64,000 nucleotides of DNA, from NCBI RefSeq assembly GCF_009914755.1, contig NC_060932.1; one strand, given 5' to 3'. Below, piece after piece: positions 61,481 to 64,000 of this stretch (position 1 is the stretch's first letter; every line of letters starts with the position of its first letter). Made by a program: the position numbers and the translations under genes. This DNA comes from the human T2T-CHM13v2.0 reference genome, Homo sapiens. The notes under the pieces are model-generated. The model made no database searches and was not told the DNA's origin. It worked only from the letters and a program-made list of their open reading frames with translations.

Positions 61481-62874
61481 TAGTGCTCTTAGTTTGAACT
61501 TCACTTTAAATTAATATACTTTATAATTTTCATTAAGTTTTAGTTCCTTGATTCCTAATATAACATCTTTATTTGTTCTATGTTAGTTCTATAATATGAA
61601 ACTCCAACTGTTGTATCATTAGCACTATTTTTCTTTCAATAACATTATCCATTTGTTAGCATAGAGGTTGCCTATATTGATGCCAAAGATGAAGGGTATG
61701 GAATTTAACACAAATTAAAATATATATGTGAGACAGTGTGTGAAAAGGGGAACTAGAGGATACGGATATTTAGTAGGTATAAATCTGTATTTTCTTTAGT
61801 GTCCATAGTTCTTTTAGTCTTTATTTTAGAAATCAGAAAAAAAAGATTTTCCCAATTATTCAAATGCTATTAATTTTCAACCCTTTGGGTGAGAAATCTG
61901 TTCATTCTCTTTTCTAAATCGAATGCTTCATGTCTTCATTTAAAAAATAGTAACAAAAATAAAATAAGTACTTTATATGGCATAAAGGAGATAAATAGAT
62001 GTTAATGTCATGTTTCCCATATTGGTATGCAGAATTAAATAGATAGATTTAATAAGGAGCCTGGAATCTGTGATCATAAATGCCATTTAACCTTGAACTC
62101 TACTTTTATATACAGTTTTATTTCAAGAAGCAGGTCAGAAGTTATAAATACTGAGTGAGGAACATGTATTAAATGCCGATTACATTTGTTTGTCCTTAAT
62201 TTTTAACTGGTTATTATGACTATTCAGCCTTTTAGGATGATTTTACATTCTTTTCTAGTGAGACAGAAATATTTGTCATGGATAAGTATCATCAAATGGA
62301 GAGGATTTATGGTAGCATTGTGAAATACTCCGACTGAAATTTAGTTTTCAAGTTGATTGGTTTTTTTTTAAGTAATTAAATTTAGGATCTTTGAAAATAG
62401 CTACAAGACTTGGGACAATTTTTAATGACTGTGGGGCATCAACAAAGGCTAATATATTTCCGATCTGGTGCTCAGGGAATAGAGCTTGCAGAACCCATGC
62501 TAATTTTGATAGTGGTTGCTATGTACTCAATTTCTTGCACACTACTTAAGAAGTATACCCCAAGGACTCATTCTGACTAAAATGTTAATGAAGCAGCTGC
62601 CCTGGGAGATTTTGATTCCAAACTATGTGTAGCTAAACACCTCATTTAGTTAAGTGAGACATCTGATATGTCAAAGTGTAACAAAGTTTCCTATTATGGA
62701 ATTTTTATAATATAGTAACACATCCATTGCTTTAACTATTGAGAACTGATTTAATACTTTCACTGAATAGCACTGTATGTCGAATCCCAACTTGATAAAC
62801 ATGATCACGTTTAATATATTGGTGTCGAGTAATTCTCAGGATTCTTTCTGAAAGTTAACAAAAGTACCATCTAG

Positions 62875-63081
<207 letters not shown>

Positions 63082-64000
63082 TGATGGCTGCTATACTTTA
63101 ATTATTTTATCTTTATTAATGCTTTTATAAATGTGATTTTAACAGTTGGGATTTTTAAATTAATTTGAAAATATTATTTAGCCAATATATTTGCTTCTGG
63201 GAATGTTTATTAAGGAAATAATGCATGATTTAAATATTTACCAAATACAGTTGCAGCATTATTTATAGTGGAGAAATAAGACATGAGTGGTGTAGATAAA
63301 GATAAAATAATTTGGGTTAAATAAACTGCTTAAGTAAGTTAAATTATGGTAAAATCATTACAGTTTCATGGTTAAAATATTTTATGAGATAGAAAAAGTT
63401 AATATATGCATGCAGATTATTAAACAGAATTTATACTTTAGTCTCAATTATATCACACACGTATGTCTATACCTACATATATGTATGTTAAATGTTTTCA
63501 GTATCAATGGGTGGTTAAATTGATGCTTTTAAAATTCTTTATGTCAACTTTTCTTTTTGGTCAGAAAATATATATTCCTTTGTCATTTTGTTTTTTCCAA
63601 GAGTGACTATCAACATCTGCAGTAGAATAAATTAAGGTTAGCATGAGCAAGAAAATTCTTGTAGTGAGCTCTGTTTCTGAGGGAAGGTCTTGAATCTTTC
63701 TTATTTTGGGGTCATAAAATGCTACCTAAAAAAGATCAGAAGTCTTGATTATTGTGGCGTGTCCTCTAGTCTATTATTTCCCTCCACATTCTAAAAAAAA
63801 TGTGTGTCATGTCACAAGATTGTATCAGTTTCTCTGAATGATACCATAGGGAATTTTATTTTTTTCTTCTTTTGAGTTTTCAAGAACTACATTGGTTTTG
63901 CTGTGGAATTTCAATGCTCTAATAAAAAATGAGAAGAGTAGAGGGAATAAAATGTATCTATCTATATAACTAAAGAATGGACAGGCATATGAAATCTAAA

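Overview
Primate (human-like) genomic DNA, AT-rich and rich in Alu, L1, L2, MIR, MaLR and DNA-transposon repeats. The whole window lies inside the PREX2 gene (P-Rex2 Rac GEF) on the + strand. I read 17 GT-AG coding exons of the long isoform, the first one partial. They splice in one continuous frame from the end of PDZ1 through PDZ2 into the IP4P-like C-terminal region, roughly aa 639-1410; exon numbers ~18-34 and residue numbers are recalled, not looked up. The alternative terminal exon of the short P-Rex2b isoform is at 21839-22063. Most of the supplied ORF track is spurious, being repeat-derived or intron read-through. I see no prokaryote-type or wholly new system. The best leads are a phase-compatible cryptic terminal/poison exon at 26817, an in-frame tandem acceptor at 62890, a skippable regulatory exon carrying RVxF and DSGxxT motifs, a miR-548-like MADE1 hairpin, a twin-primed L1 and two local templated duplications.
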